IMG/VR virus record: IMGVR_UViG_3300028591_000179
Span: 10,773-74,772 of that record
Length of the DNA stretch: 64,000 nt
Source: a virus
Lineage: Duplodnaviria; Caudoviricetes
Direction: 5' to 3' (one strand)
Shown piece after piece: positions 39,993 through 52,100 of this stretch. Both the position numbers and the translations under genes were made by a program. The notes under the pieces are model-generated. The model saw only the letters and a list, made by a program, of their open reading frames with translations. It searched no databases and was not told the origin of the DNA. How positions within the stretch are numbered: position 1 is the first letter of the stretch; each line of letters starts with the position of its first letter.

Positions 39993-41333
39993 CTAAGCAT
40001 TTACATTAAACGGATAAACCTCAGACTTAATATATTTCGGTGGCACAAAATCATCATGACCCATACACATAAAGATACATGGACATGGACTTGTCTGTTC
40101 GGTATCACCATCTAATTCATCATAAAAATCAGACATGATTATTAACAAATCAAGTTTATCACCTTTATACTTTTCATTAATAAATCTAAAGTTATCTTTC
40201 ATATATGTTCCACCATCAGATTGATATGTAAACTTATATAAATCAGATTTATTCTGAGCAGTAAAAGTTCTGAATGTTTCAGGATGTACCTTTGTGCTGC
40301 AACACCATGCATCAACTTGAAACTGTTTAAACTGAGATAAAATTGTAAACAAATGATTCATCATCGTATGCAATTCATTATCACCAATCGAACCAGAAGT
40401 ATCAACAGCTACACCAATGTGCATCTTAGGAACTCGTCCAGAAGAAGGTAAAATCAATTTATTTGCAATACCTGCACGACTCGGTCTATTCCAAGTATAA
40501 TTATCTTTCATCCAACCACGAATATACTTTGTAAGAGCTCGTCTCCAATTAAATGGTTCTGGCTTAAATGTTCTTTCCAGTAATCTATCAATTGCTGATT
40601 GACCGACACCAGCTTCACGACCTCCAAACACATCTGCCATCTTGGAAATAACTTCATTTCTTACTGTATCATTCATCATTGGAATATGATTATCAATACC
40701 AAAGCTTAAACCGTCAACATGATTTCCATCACCTTTCTTATCATCAAAGGTAAATCCACCAGAAGACATGTTTTGTTGTTTTTGCTTGAATTCTTCATAA
40801 AGATCTTTGTATATATCTTCTGCAGACATATCACAATACTTTGAATCATATAAAACCCATTCAGGCAACTTACCAACTTCAGCATGTTCTTGTCGACCCT
40901 GACTATTGGTTTTTTCATTATTATGTAACAAACTATTAATCTCATAGTCTGTTGCCATATTCCAGAGTTGCCACTTATATTTTAATTCTTCAGAAGCTCC
41001 TCCTTTATATAAACCAATTTTTTCACCTCTGTCATATGTTAAACCCATAAGATGCATTAACTCATGACACAGAATAAACATCATTTCTTTTTTATGTATT
41101 GATCTATCGTAGGTTTTACCAGACTCACCAACTTCAATTGGATCAGCATTATGTTTTTCTACAATAGCTTCATTAACATAAATACCTGTTCCATCAGTCC
41201 AAGCACATGCATCATGATTTTCATTATTTACAATTTGGACTCCAATACGTGTTATTAGACTAGCAAATACCGGAAAGTCTAATACTAAATCTATCAAAGC
41301 CTGTTCAACAATTTTTTCAGTCTCACTAGTCAT
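39993..41333 (-). CDS. HEXXH metallopeptidase-like plus vWA protein (DUF2201-type)
   Basis: AWTDG, CHELMH, WNMATDYEIN, WRRAL...YTWNRPSR, MIDAS VDTSGS, GGT, MSD. Confidence 0.85.
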   Translation of the reverse strand: MTSETEKIVEQALIDLVLDFPVFASLITRIGVQIVNNENHDACAWTDGTGIYVNEAIVEKHNADPIEVGESGKTYDRSIHKKEMMFILCHELMHLMGLTYDRGEKIGLYKGGASEELKYKWQLWNMATDYEINSLLHNNEKTNSQGRQEHAEVGKLPEWVLYDSKYCDMSAEDIYKDLYEEFKQKQQNMSSGGFTFDDKKGDGNHVDGLSFGIDNHIPMMNDTVRNEVISKMADVFGGREAGVGQSAIDRLLERTFKPEPFNWRRALTKYIRGWMKDNYTWNRPSRAGIANKLILPSSGRVPKMHIGVAVDTSGSIGDNELHTMMNHLFTILSQFKQFQVDAWCCSTKVHPETFRTFTAQNKSDLYKFTYQSDGGTYMKDNFRFINEKYKGDKLDLLIIMSDFYDELDGDTEQTSPCPCIFMCMGHDDFVPPKYIKSEVYPFNVNA

Positions 41334-41347
41334 TCTTTATTCTCCTT

Positions 41348-41737
41348 CTAATCGTCGTTGCTACCGTTAATTATATGTTCAAAGAATTTCTTCAATGCTT
41401 CAGAACCACCGCTATCTAAAGCATCTTGAATCATTTCTCTACGCTTTTCTTCAGAAGTATTATCCCAACCATTTGCTATAATTGCATCTGACTGGTGTTG
41501 AGCTTTTTCTTTTTCAGCTTTCAAATACTCTTCTTTATCAAGGACTTCCATCTTGGATACATCCTCACCGTTTTCATTCTTAGCTTTATTGATATGTTCT
41601 TCAGCTAATTCTTTAGAAGAATATTCTGTTGCTAAATCAATATGACCTACACGTTCAACAGATACATATATATCAAATCTTTTTACATAATCTTCCATAC
41701 GTAAAAAATGATCTTCTTCTTTTATTATATATGGCAT
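41348..41737 (-). CDS. Hypothetical protein
   Basis: Between ATPase and vWA gene; AAAGGA RBS. Confidence 0.55.
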   Translation of the reverse strand: MPYIIKEEDHFLRMEDYVKRFDIYVSVERVGHIDLATEYSSKELAEEHINKAKNENGEDVSKMEVLDKEEYLKAEKEKAQHQSDAIIANGWDNTSEEKRREMIQDALDSGGSEALKKFFEHIINGSNDD

Positions 41738-41812
41738 AACATTTCCTTTCGCTTATTAATACAAGGGGATAACATTATTTCTAACATTATCCCCATTGAC
41801 CTTAGTTAATCT

Positions 41813-43051
41813 TTAATTCTTTAAAGACATTGTAATTAACTTTACAAGTTCTGGTGCATCCATTACTGGATTGAATGTCTTAAGCTCTCCTTCCAATCTC
41901 TTTAAGCGAGACAGCTGAGTTATATTGATAACCTTATTTGATACCTTTTGTAAATTCTTTGTTGCATTTACAAAGTTCAAACAATATTTTCTGCACAACT
42001 TACTGTCTGTTGTATTCGAGATAGTTGCCATACAAGCCATCTGAACTGCCCAGAATTGTTCAAGACTATTTTCATCACGGAAGTCTTTACCTTGTTCAAG
42101 AATTTCGTGCCAGTCTTGATATTTAGATTTATCTTTAAGCCAAGTAAAGAACTTAGATGCCAAGGACAAACCTAAACGACCTGTGCAGTACATTTGTTTT
42201 TCCAACATCGAAAAACCACCAGATTGTTTCGTACCTTCAGGTAAAGCTAATACCTTACCAACAACTTCCCAAGATCTTGGAGTAACCGATACATCTGTAA
42301 ACATTGCATCAGACAGATTACCAACTTTCTTTTTCATACCCTCACGATCAAATAACATATCCTGACCTTGAGTCTTTAAGAAAGTCATAACATCCAAATT
42401 GCCACCAGAATTCAATGAATAATCAATCCACGAATTAAAATCTGGCACAATATTAAAGTGCGTAAATCTGTTAGCCAATGGAATACTAAACTCTGTTACT
42501 GTATTATTATAAGCAGATGTATTCGCAGAACCGATGATCAAATATCCATCAGGTACTTTATAATCACCTAATGCACGATCTTGAATGAGTTGGAAAGCTG
42601 CATTCAAAATTGCAGCCTGACCTTGGTTCATTTCATCCAAGTGAATTACACCACCAGAAAATTCACCATTATTTTTTGGCCACATATTCGGAACAGCCCA
42701 CATTGTCTGAGTTTCACCTTTTTCATTAGTGAAAGGCATCGGAATACCAATCATATCAACAGGTTCTTTCATCGACAATCTAACATCACATACATTCGGA
42801 TTCCACGGCTTTACGTTTTCACCCTTTGCAATTCGTTTTTCATATTCACGAACCTTATCTGCATTCCATTGCTTTACCGATTGAGATTTACCAATTCCTG
42901 GACCACCCCATTGCATAACAGAATCGTTAATAGCTAATGCAATGTCATACATTCTTTTTACACCTGGAGTTTCTTTATTATCACTATCATACGTGCTGTC
43001 CAAAGTAAATTCCGGCATTAAAAACTTATCTTGAATATCTGTTTTAACCAT
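41813..43051 (-). CDS. MoxR-like AAA+ ATPase
   Basis: GGPGIGKS Walker A, DVRLS...DMIGIP, IHLDEMN Walker B, SAN, LANRF, TPRSWE. Confidence 0.88.
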   Translation of the reverse strand: MVKTDIQDKFLMPEFTLDSTYDSDNKETPGVKRMYDIALAINDSVMQWGGPGIGKSQSVKQWNADKVREYEKRIAKGENVKPWNPNVCDVRLSMKEPVDMIGIPMPFTNEKGETQTMWAVPNMWPKNNGEFSGGVIHLDEMNQGQAAILNAAFQLIQDRALGDYKVPDGYLIIGSANTSAYNNTVTEFSIPLANRFTHFNIVPDFNSWIDYSLNSGGNLDVMTFLKTQGQDMLFDREGMKKKVGNLSDAMFTDVSVTPRSWEVVGKVLALPEGTKQSGGFSMLEKQMYCTGRLGLSLASKFFTWLKDKSKYQDWHEILEQGKDFRDENSLEQFWAVQMACMATISNTTDSKLCRKYCLNFVNATKNLQKVSNKVINITQLSRLKRLEGELKTFNPVMDAPELVKLITMSLKN

Positions 43052-43147
43052 ATCATGTCTCCTTTTAAAAAATGGTTGTTATTATTACAGTTATTGGAAT
43101 GAGGAAGGTAAGATCAACTGTATATCTTACCTTCCGTTAATTAAGAC

Positions 43148-44203
43148 CTAAGCAGTCAGTTCTTCAGCATTCTCCTCTGAGTCACTAAAACACTCAGGAT
43201 ACATTGCGCGGAAAATTAACTGATAATTGTATCCATAGAATTTAATCATGGTACTCATATCTGCTAATAAACCAGTCATTGCTTTACCTATATTTTCTCT
43301 TGAACATACAGCAGCTAATTGAAATAGCTTACGTATGGATCGAGGATATCTGAAAGTCATTTCGACTGATTCATTACCTGTTAATTCTTCATCAGGTTTT
43401 TTCATTTTATACAATCGTGCCGCAACAGCAGGATCTCGTTGTATAATTAAATCAAGATATTGCATATAACTAAAATCTACAGAAACAATTCTGCTCATAA
43501 AGTCTTCAACATCTGATTCAACAGGTTTATACTGACTGATCCACTTTTTGCGATTTTCTTCAGACCAACCGTTTTCACAGAAAAACAATTCATCAAATAA
43601 ATCGCAATCGACATTCCTCTTGATATAATTATGAGACAGCTGCGAACTATCTGACCTAAACTTTGCAAGAATAATTTCTTTTGGAACAATATGCATAAGC
43701 TTATCTACATTTTCTATACTAGTACCAGATAAATCCAAATATTCATAATTAATATCGTCGTAATCATCTGTGTTTAATAAGATTTCACTAAAACTAAGAT
43801 TTGGTTTATTACCATATCTTGTTCTATTTTCAATCTTATTTTTAACTTCAGCCTGTAAAGCAGCTAAAGTATCTATTGGTGGTAGATAAAACAGAAAAGC
43901 TGAATCTCTTTCTGTTCCATAATGTTTAATTGCCGCTTTTACATCTTTATTTGAATACGTTTCTGAAGATAACTGATTAACTACCATAAGAATCTTCATG
44001 ATATGAGCCAGATATAACGAATAGCTACAATCTGACATTATTTTATCATGTAATTCTTTTACAATATCTGCTGTAAAATTATCTGGTATTTCAACATGTT
44101 TAATACGACACGGAGCTTCTAAATCGATCCAGTCAACATTTTCTCTAATGTATTCCAGACCAACTTGATCCAGACCATCTAAAAACTCTGTTAATGATTT
44201 CAT
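43148..44203 (-). CDS. Hypothetical protein
   Basis: 351 aa; GGAG RBS. Confidence 0.6.
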   Translation of the reverse strand: MKSLTEFLDGLDQVGLEYIRENVDWIDLEAPCRIKHVEIPDNFTADIVKELHDKIMSDCSYSLYLAHIMKILMVVNQLSSETYSNKDVKAAIKHYGTERDSAFLFYLPPIDTLAALQAEVKNKIENRTRYGNKPNLSFSEILLNTDDYDDINYEYLDLSGTSIENVDKLMHIVPKEIILAKFRSDSSQLSHNYIKRNVDCDLFDELFFCENGWSEENRKKWISQYKPVESDVEDFMSRIVSVDFSYMQYLDLIIQRDPAVAARLYKMKKPDEELTGNESVEMTFRYPRSIRKLFQLAAVCSRENIGKAMTGLLADMSTMIKFYGYNYQLIFRAMYPECFSDSEENAEELTA

Positions 44204-44226
44204 GTCATTCTCCTCTAATTACAAGA

Positions 44227-45532
44227 TTAAAACAAACCTAAGATCTTCTTTTTAGTTTCATCTTCTCCTTTGGTTACAGCATAGTTTTCACAACTTACAG
44301 TACGATAAACTGATTTCTTTTTATATTGTTTCATCAGTTCCTCAACCTCAGGATGTTCTTTACACAATTTTTTAGTATCGGTAATATCTTTTTCTACAGT
44401 TGCTACAGCTACACAACCTACACCTTCAGCAATATATTTACCGTCGTCGATGTCATCTGTTACATACTCATCTTTCAAAGTATCGTATTTAGTACTTGCA
44501 ACCTTTTTTACAGTAGCAGCTGATACCAATTTTTTAATTTGATCTACAGTTAAACCTTTGTTTATATTTTTAAGCATGATTGATCTCCTTTCGATTTCAT
44601 GTGATTAAAAACAAGAGGCTACAAGCGGTTTAAACTCATAGCCTCAGACCTTGATCATTTATACTCTGATCACGAGTTAAGTCTGTGGAGGTATGACTTA
44701 TTCTTTAATATATATCACCTCTTTCCCAACGCTCTTTTTCATCAGCATCTGCTTGAGCCTTGGTTACAGGTGGTACAGGAATTTCACCAGTTCTTTCTTG
44801 TAAAATTGCAATTTGTTTTAACGTTAATCCGGTCATCATTTTTACATATTTTAAATAAACAGGTGCTCCGATATAACCAGAATGAAAGCACTTTACATAT
44901 CGTCTTTCATCAACAGGTTTTATACCATATTCATCTGCTTCGTCCGTATCTAACTTAAGTGCTTGATTATACGCAGTTTCTTGCGCCTTCTCAATATTTC
45001 TTCTTGATAACCTAGATTTACGACTACTTAAATTATTCCATAATCTACGCTTTTCTTTTTCTGGATCATCAAACTTTTTACCTTCACGACCGTGTTGACG
45101 ACCTAATATAACATCTAAGTCATCCAATTCTTTTTGAATCTCTTCAATCGTGTAGTCTTTATATTTCTTTGTACTCATTTTTGTCTCCTGATTTATTTAA
45201 ACAAAGTCAATATACATCTAAAAGTTTAATAATGTACTAACAAACAAAATATTTTTTTAAGTTACGCACATCTTCTTCATTCTCCTTTAGATATTAAGTT
45301 GATCACAGCATTCTTCGTATAATGTACGATTATATTTAGCTGCTTGTTTTAAAGTATCATAGAATGTTTTACTGTTAACTTGATTACTATTTCCAATAAA
45401 CTGTAAATGATTATAATTACATTCATTACTGTAACTTGGATCTAGATATAAAGTTAACAGTTTATTTTGTAATTCTAAACCAGATTTATTCTTATCTACA
45501 GGATATTCTTTAATTGCGTAATTTATCGGCAT
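44227..45532 (-). other. Three early hypothetical ORFs (44227-44577, 44705-45178, 45287-45532)
   Basis: RBS-preceded ORFs; no diagnostic motif. Confidence 0.55.
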
Positions 45533-46127
45533 GATTCACCAACACTTTCAATAAAGTATTTGCAGTATTATAATCATTCTTATTTATATATTGTATAACA
45601 AGATTTCTGATGATAATTTCTGCTGTTTGTTTCGGTGTTACATCTACCAATTCATCAATTTGTTCTGCCAATGTTTTATCTCCTTCTTTTAAATTATCGA
45701 CTTTAAGAAACTTTTCATCATCATCTGCTTCTTCAATGTCTTTTACTATAACCTCTGGACATTTACCTCTGATTAATCCTTTTGGCATATGTTTACGGAT
45801 TTCAGATTTTTCACTTAATCTGTAATACCTGTTGCCGTTTTTATCGATATAACAATCGTTTTCAGCAATCGCATTACTAATATCAGAAGCATTAACTTTT
45901 AAATGCTTACTTAAATCGGTTAATGTATTAAATACTTCTTGTGTTTCAATACACATTAACTTTGTAAAGATTCTATCTCTAGAAAGTTTTTTAACATTGA
46001 AACCATTAATATTAACTTCTTTCTTATCTAATAAGATTTCAGTTAATTTCCAACTAGGCAATTCAAGAAACTCAGCTGCTTCTTTAATTGTATTAAATTC
46101 TTCATTATCAATCATTACCTTTGACAT
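45510..46127 (-). CDS. NUMOD1-like repeat protein, paralog of 13335-13946
   Basis: FNTIKEAAEFL, CIETQEVFNTL..LSKHL; C-terminal IRNLVIQYINKNDYNTA..LL. Confidence 0.6.
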   Translation of the reverse strand: MSKVMIDNEEFNTIKEAAEFLELPSWKLTEILLDKKEVNINGFNVKKLSRDRIFTKLMCIETQEVFNTLTDLSKHLKVNASDISNAIAENDCYIDKNGNRYYRLSEKSEIRKHMPKGLIRGKCPEVIVKDIEEADDDEKFLKVDNLKEGDKTLAEQIDELVDVTPKQTAEIIIRNLVIQYINKNDYNTANTLLKVLVNHADKLRN

Positions 46128-46150
46128 ATATACTCTCCTTAGTTAGTCGG

Positions 46151-49100
46151 TTAATCCAAATGATCTTCTTGACAAGGTTTACCATCCCACACAGAACCTA
46201 AATAAGATCCTATTTTCTTTCGAATGATTTTACCTTTAGGTCTGTCAAAATCAGGCACAACCAAAGGTCTAAAGCAATCACGAGTGCTTGGATGAAACTT
46301 ACTATCATATTCTTGTAAGAATATTGATTTATCAGTTACTCGCACAACTTTATAAAAGCTATATAAAACCATGCTATAACCATAACACTTAGCGATTACA
46401 TCATCTACATTATATACTTCACTCATTTTTAAATCTCCTATACTAAAGCAGGCGATAAACAAAAATATTTATCGCCCTGTTAATAACTTATCGATGTCCT
46501 TAAATTAACATCAATAACCACGTAATCTTAAAGCAGCTACAAGCTTACCAAAAGCATCTTCTGAATAATATACATGAGCATCTGTAACTTGTTCAGCTTT
46601 AATACCAAAACATTTATCAATGTCTTCTGATATTTCATAACCACCTTCAACTAATCTACCATTAAGCGATAATTCAAGGCAATACGATACATTTGGAGAA
46701 GTTAATCTATGAACATCAACTTCTTCAAAATCTAGATTAATAGTTTCACCATCTTCTAAATCATAGAAGAAACGCGTAAATATGTCTTGCAACTCATACA
46801 TATCATAAGCCATTCCTTGTTCTTTAGAAGCTTGAACACTTGTTAACATTTTTTCAATGTTATGAGCGCTAGATACCTTACCAGACTTCGTATATAACAA
46901 ACCAATTTTTTCACCAAGAGTATTGGAAGCTATTACACTATAATTATATCTATTTATTTTAGTTACATGTTGTACCTTAAGATATAATCCACCTTTAAGT
47001 TTTATTACCATGCCTTCTGACAATTTATCCAAATTCATAGTCATCTCCTTAATTTTGTTGATACATTACAGTATATTTCTGTTTATAATCCAAATCTTTA
47101 CATTTTTCGATATGTTCAGCTAATACACCAATATTCCAAGATGGATCAATTGCTTCAGACCTACCAAAGTGCGTATATACCCAATCATATATAATTGCTT
47201 CAGTCTTTGATACTTCTTTTGGTACAAACAATTCATTTTCATCTTCTTGAATATTATTAGTACCTTTATTCTCCATCGTTATATCTCCTTTACTTCATAT
47301 TCATTTAAAACTTCTGGATTTAATTCATCATATTCTTCCCTACTCAAATCCTTAATCATAGGACATTCTAAGGGATCATGAATTACATCATCGATATCTT
47401 CTTCATCCTCATCAATAGTTATTGTTCTTTCATATTCATATACTTCTTTAAATTTTACAACATACTTCTTTAAATTCATTTTACATACTCACTGGACCTG
47501 TTTCGCAATGACCAAAGCTCTTGCGAATTATTTTTGGTTTACAAGGATTACTTTCATCGATAAACTCGTAAGTTTCATTCGATTGACCCTCATAGTAATG
47601 ATGTTCATAATATCCTGTACCGCTTTTAAGACATTTTGCAATGATCTTATTAGCCTTTTCTTCAGGGATATCTTTTAAATACTTAGGTATCGCCATTTCT
47701 TACCTCCTTTAATTAATCGTGTGCCCAAGATTTCCAAGATGATAATACATAATTATAATCAGCAACAATCTGTTCGGCAATATTTTCAAAATCACTGTCT
47801 TGATATAATGCAATTTCTGTATCATATACATCACCAGTTTCTTTATCATATACCTGATTGAAATCGATGTCATAATCAGTTTGCATAATATTATCTACTG
47901 ACTGATAACCAACTTTAACAGATAATCTATAACCATCATCATAGTACTTATCAGCTTTATGTTCATCATATCCTGGTGACCAACCAAGAACAATATAAAC
48001 GTTTTTATCTATTTTATTATCTTCTATTGTATACTGACAAAATGTATAACAACCACCTTCATCTTTATGATCTGCAAGATTATCTGCAGCTTCTTTAAAC
48101 TGCTTAGCAAGTTCTTTTACATCAATCTTCATCATATTCTCCTTCTTTATATCTTGCATTAAAGTCTGCTTTTAAAGCTTCTACATTATCAAGATTATCT
48201 AAATCTATTTCTGCAATTTCAAATTCACACCATATTTTACATTTCTGCGAATAATATTCATTTATGAAATCACAAAAACTTTCAGCTTCTTTTTTAGTTT
48301 TGAATTCAGCATGGACTGTACCAATATCATCAAAATTAGGCTCACCACATGTTGGATCAATGATACCTCTTACTTGATAAATCTTAGTCATCATCTTCCT
48401 CCTCGTCATATTCATCATAATATTCTTTTTGCTCATCAAGATATTCTTTTATTGTTACTGCAGTTTCTAGATTATCTAAATCTATTTCTGTAGTATAAAA
48501 CGTAGCATCATCAAAGCGATCAGGATCATTCCATAATTCGTGTTCTTTTGTTTCAGCTGCATCTTTATTATCAAATATCCAAGTTTTTATTTCACGTGGT
48601 GTTATTGCTCCAACAACACAGTATAACATATTATCTTTGATATTTAAATTTGTAATATCAATTTCTTTAAGCTCATATTCGTAATCAAATGACATATTAT
48701 CATAAAAATCACAAATTTCTTTTTTACTTTTTTCAGCCTCTGCTTTGGTACCAAATACAAATAAATCTGGTGTTGCATAAGAAGTAGGTATTCCTTGTAC
48801 GAAATATATTTTAGTCATCATCTTCCTCTTCATCATCTTCATAATCATCTTCATCTTCTTCATAGTAATCTTCCAACCAAACAGCTAACTTTTCACAGTT
48901 ACCTTCAAGATCAGTTGGCATGATACCATTATGATATACATTAGCTACTTCTTTTTGATTTTCAGCAAATTCTACAAACTCAACTGCTGTGTTTCTATCT
49001 TTAAATACGTGAAGTGAACTGTGTCTGTCTTGAGTCTCAACAACCACAGCATATACATGTTCTTGTTTTAACGGCATTTATTTATTTCCTTTCTTAGTAA

Positions 49101-52100
49101 GCTGGATTAACATTTTCAAAGCTAATGTTATATTTGGCTTCCATCTTTTCACACCAGTTACGAGCTTCATCATAATCAGCAGTAATTAAACTTTCAGGCT
49201 CACCATTTTCATCGATAGCTATTTGATCTTTATAGTTATCATATACCATATATTCATTAAATTCACCATTATATGCTGCTGTTAACATATTTGCTACGTT
49301 ATCTGGATGTTTAGCTGAATAATAATCTTCAACATTTTTCTTCAAGCCAATAAAACCTAATTGACTTGAATCAAATCTGCATACATGATTTCCTGTTTTA
49401 TTAACAGAAAATGAAGTGCCAGAGTGTATATAAGCGCCAAGCACAAATGATTCATATTCTCCTTCTCCAAATTCTTCATCAAGTTTTTTCTGAAAAATTT
49501 CACGATCTTCTTCTAAAGTTTTACCTGTAAGATCATCATAATCAATTTCAAATGTCGTAAGATCTTTATAATCACCTCTTGGTACATAAATTTTACAACA
49601 TGCTTTTATATTATCAACTGTATCATTACACATAAAATCACAATCACCACAAATATATGGCGAATATCTTGGTTCTTCATACGTCTCAGTTACTTTAACT
49701 TTACCAGTTGTTTCATCTAAAACTTTTTCAATATTTATATTTTCTTTCATATTAACCTCATCCAATTAAACTGTATAAACAATCTAAATATATTTTAAAT
49801 TCATCTACAGTCATGTCGTTTTCATTTGCTTCTCTTTCAAGATCTTCATCACTTAGAGGTCCATCACACAAAAAATCAGGATAGTGACCAGACTCTCTAA
49901 ACATCAAATAATCTTCTTTAGCTCGCTTGATTATTTTACTTCTGGAATCATTATTATTTGCCATAAACAACCTCCTTCCTCGTCACCAACTAATGTATGG
50001 CGACTATCAGCTTCTGTCAACTTATAACAATCGTTTACATTTAAATAATATGCAATATCTGACTGCATAGCTTTCTCAGCATCTTCTCTATTTGTATACG
50101 CACCTTCAAGACGAGCTAAATGATCTGTTGTATCCCCAAGGTCTGTATATATAACTGCATATATCGTACTCATTCTTTATTCTCCTCTATGCTCTTTAAT
50201 AAATAATGTTTTTTACCACTTACCATAGTTACATATAAAAGATGCAATGTCTTATTATCTTTTTTAATGGTTATATCAACTGCTGATTCAATACAATTTT
50301 CATTGATATACATCTTACCTTTTTCTTCAATATGAATATCATAATCATACATATCACCAGTTATTACTTTTTCATATACTGTATATTCTTTCATTAATTT
50401 GCTACCTCATGAGATTCATTTACTATCATATCCATAACTTCAGGTTCACAAATTAAAAAACCATGTTTATTCATAAAGTCTTTAAATTCTTTTTCTTTAA
50501 CAGCCTTTCTTTTAATGAATACATATCTTTTACCAAATATTGGACCATGTTCACCACGTTCAGCCTCAATCATCGGAACAATACCTTTTTTCTTAAACTT
50601 TTCTTTACACTTATCACAAGGTTCTGGACTTGTAATCTGTGTTTTACGAATTCCTTTTTTCGGAATCATTTCATCACCACTTCTAAAGAAATGAGGTTGT
50701 AAAAGTAATTGTTTAACTTCATTACAGTATAAACATAAATCCATACCTACGAATTCATGCTCGCCATCATCTTTACAATTTTTACACATATTGTATCTCC
50801 TTTACCAATTAGCTTCTTCATATGCTTCAAACAATTTATTTACCAAACTATCTTTAGGCTTATAATTTGGAAAATAACTTTTAGCAATCATCGTGGCTTC
50901 ACTATAATCACCAGTGTAACCACATTCAAAATTACTAAACTCATCTGTAAAAATCTCATCACCAGAACATTCTCGCTTAATCTCTTCATTTATTTCATTC
51001 AATTTATTATAATACGTTTCGAATGCTTGAGGCGTACCAATTGCTCCATAATCTGTAATGAGTAATTCTTTTAGTTTTAATTTCTGTTCAAACTCTTCTT
51101 TGTTGAGATTATGTCTTTTTAAATAATCTCCGAATTGTTCATTACCAAAAGCATACTCAATACCGTCAGAAGAAATTGTACTTTTCTTATTTTTTAATTC
51201 ACGATATTTCTTAGTACTAGGTAATTTCATTTTATTATCTCCTTATTTTTTTAATGGTTTCAATTTATCTGCTGAATATACATTTACAAATTCAACATTT
51301 TTTAAATTACGATATTGTCTTTCAACTTCTCTAGCTTCTGCTCTAGTATCAACAATATCAACACATACCATATTATTTTCACATAATTCACAACCACATG
51401 AATCATATGCCACTAATATAATATATTTTTGCTTTGTCATTTTTTATTCTCCTCTATAATATTCATCATCTTCGTAATCATCTTCATCTTCGTCGTCATC
51501 AAAGTCATAACTTTCATCGGATACAATTCCTGAAGAAGTACTAAATGTATCACTACCATCCTTAATCGTAATCATTGTCCATGTACGATCTGATTTATCA
51601 ATCTCAATTACTGGATCATTATCAACCTGTATTAAAGCTGCACCTCCATTTTCAATTAAATGTTCATTATTATTATTTATTAAACCAATAGCTACTTTAT
51701 CATTATATTCTACTATACAAACGTTTCCACTGTCTGCAAAAAATCTTGAATTTATAACCTTATTACTATTATTATCACAAAATACTGCATTACTCCAATC
51801 TCCATAACCTGTATCAGATACAACAGCATCTTTTGTATGTGTATATGCTCTTAATGCATCAGTAACACATTTTTCAAATATTTCTATTTCATTTGCTCTA
51901 TTCTCATTCGTAAACGCTTCCTTACAACATTTAGTCCAAATGTCACTCGGTAATATATAACATGGATCTGTAATCAAATATTTTTTCATTAATGTCTCCT
52001 ATGAAATTAAAACTAAAAACATAATAATTTATTAATTTTTACTTACGATTAGTATTCTTTCTCATATTTATAATACCAATCACTATTTGCGGCCTCAACA

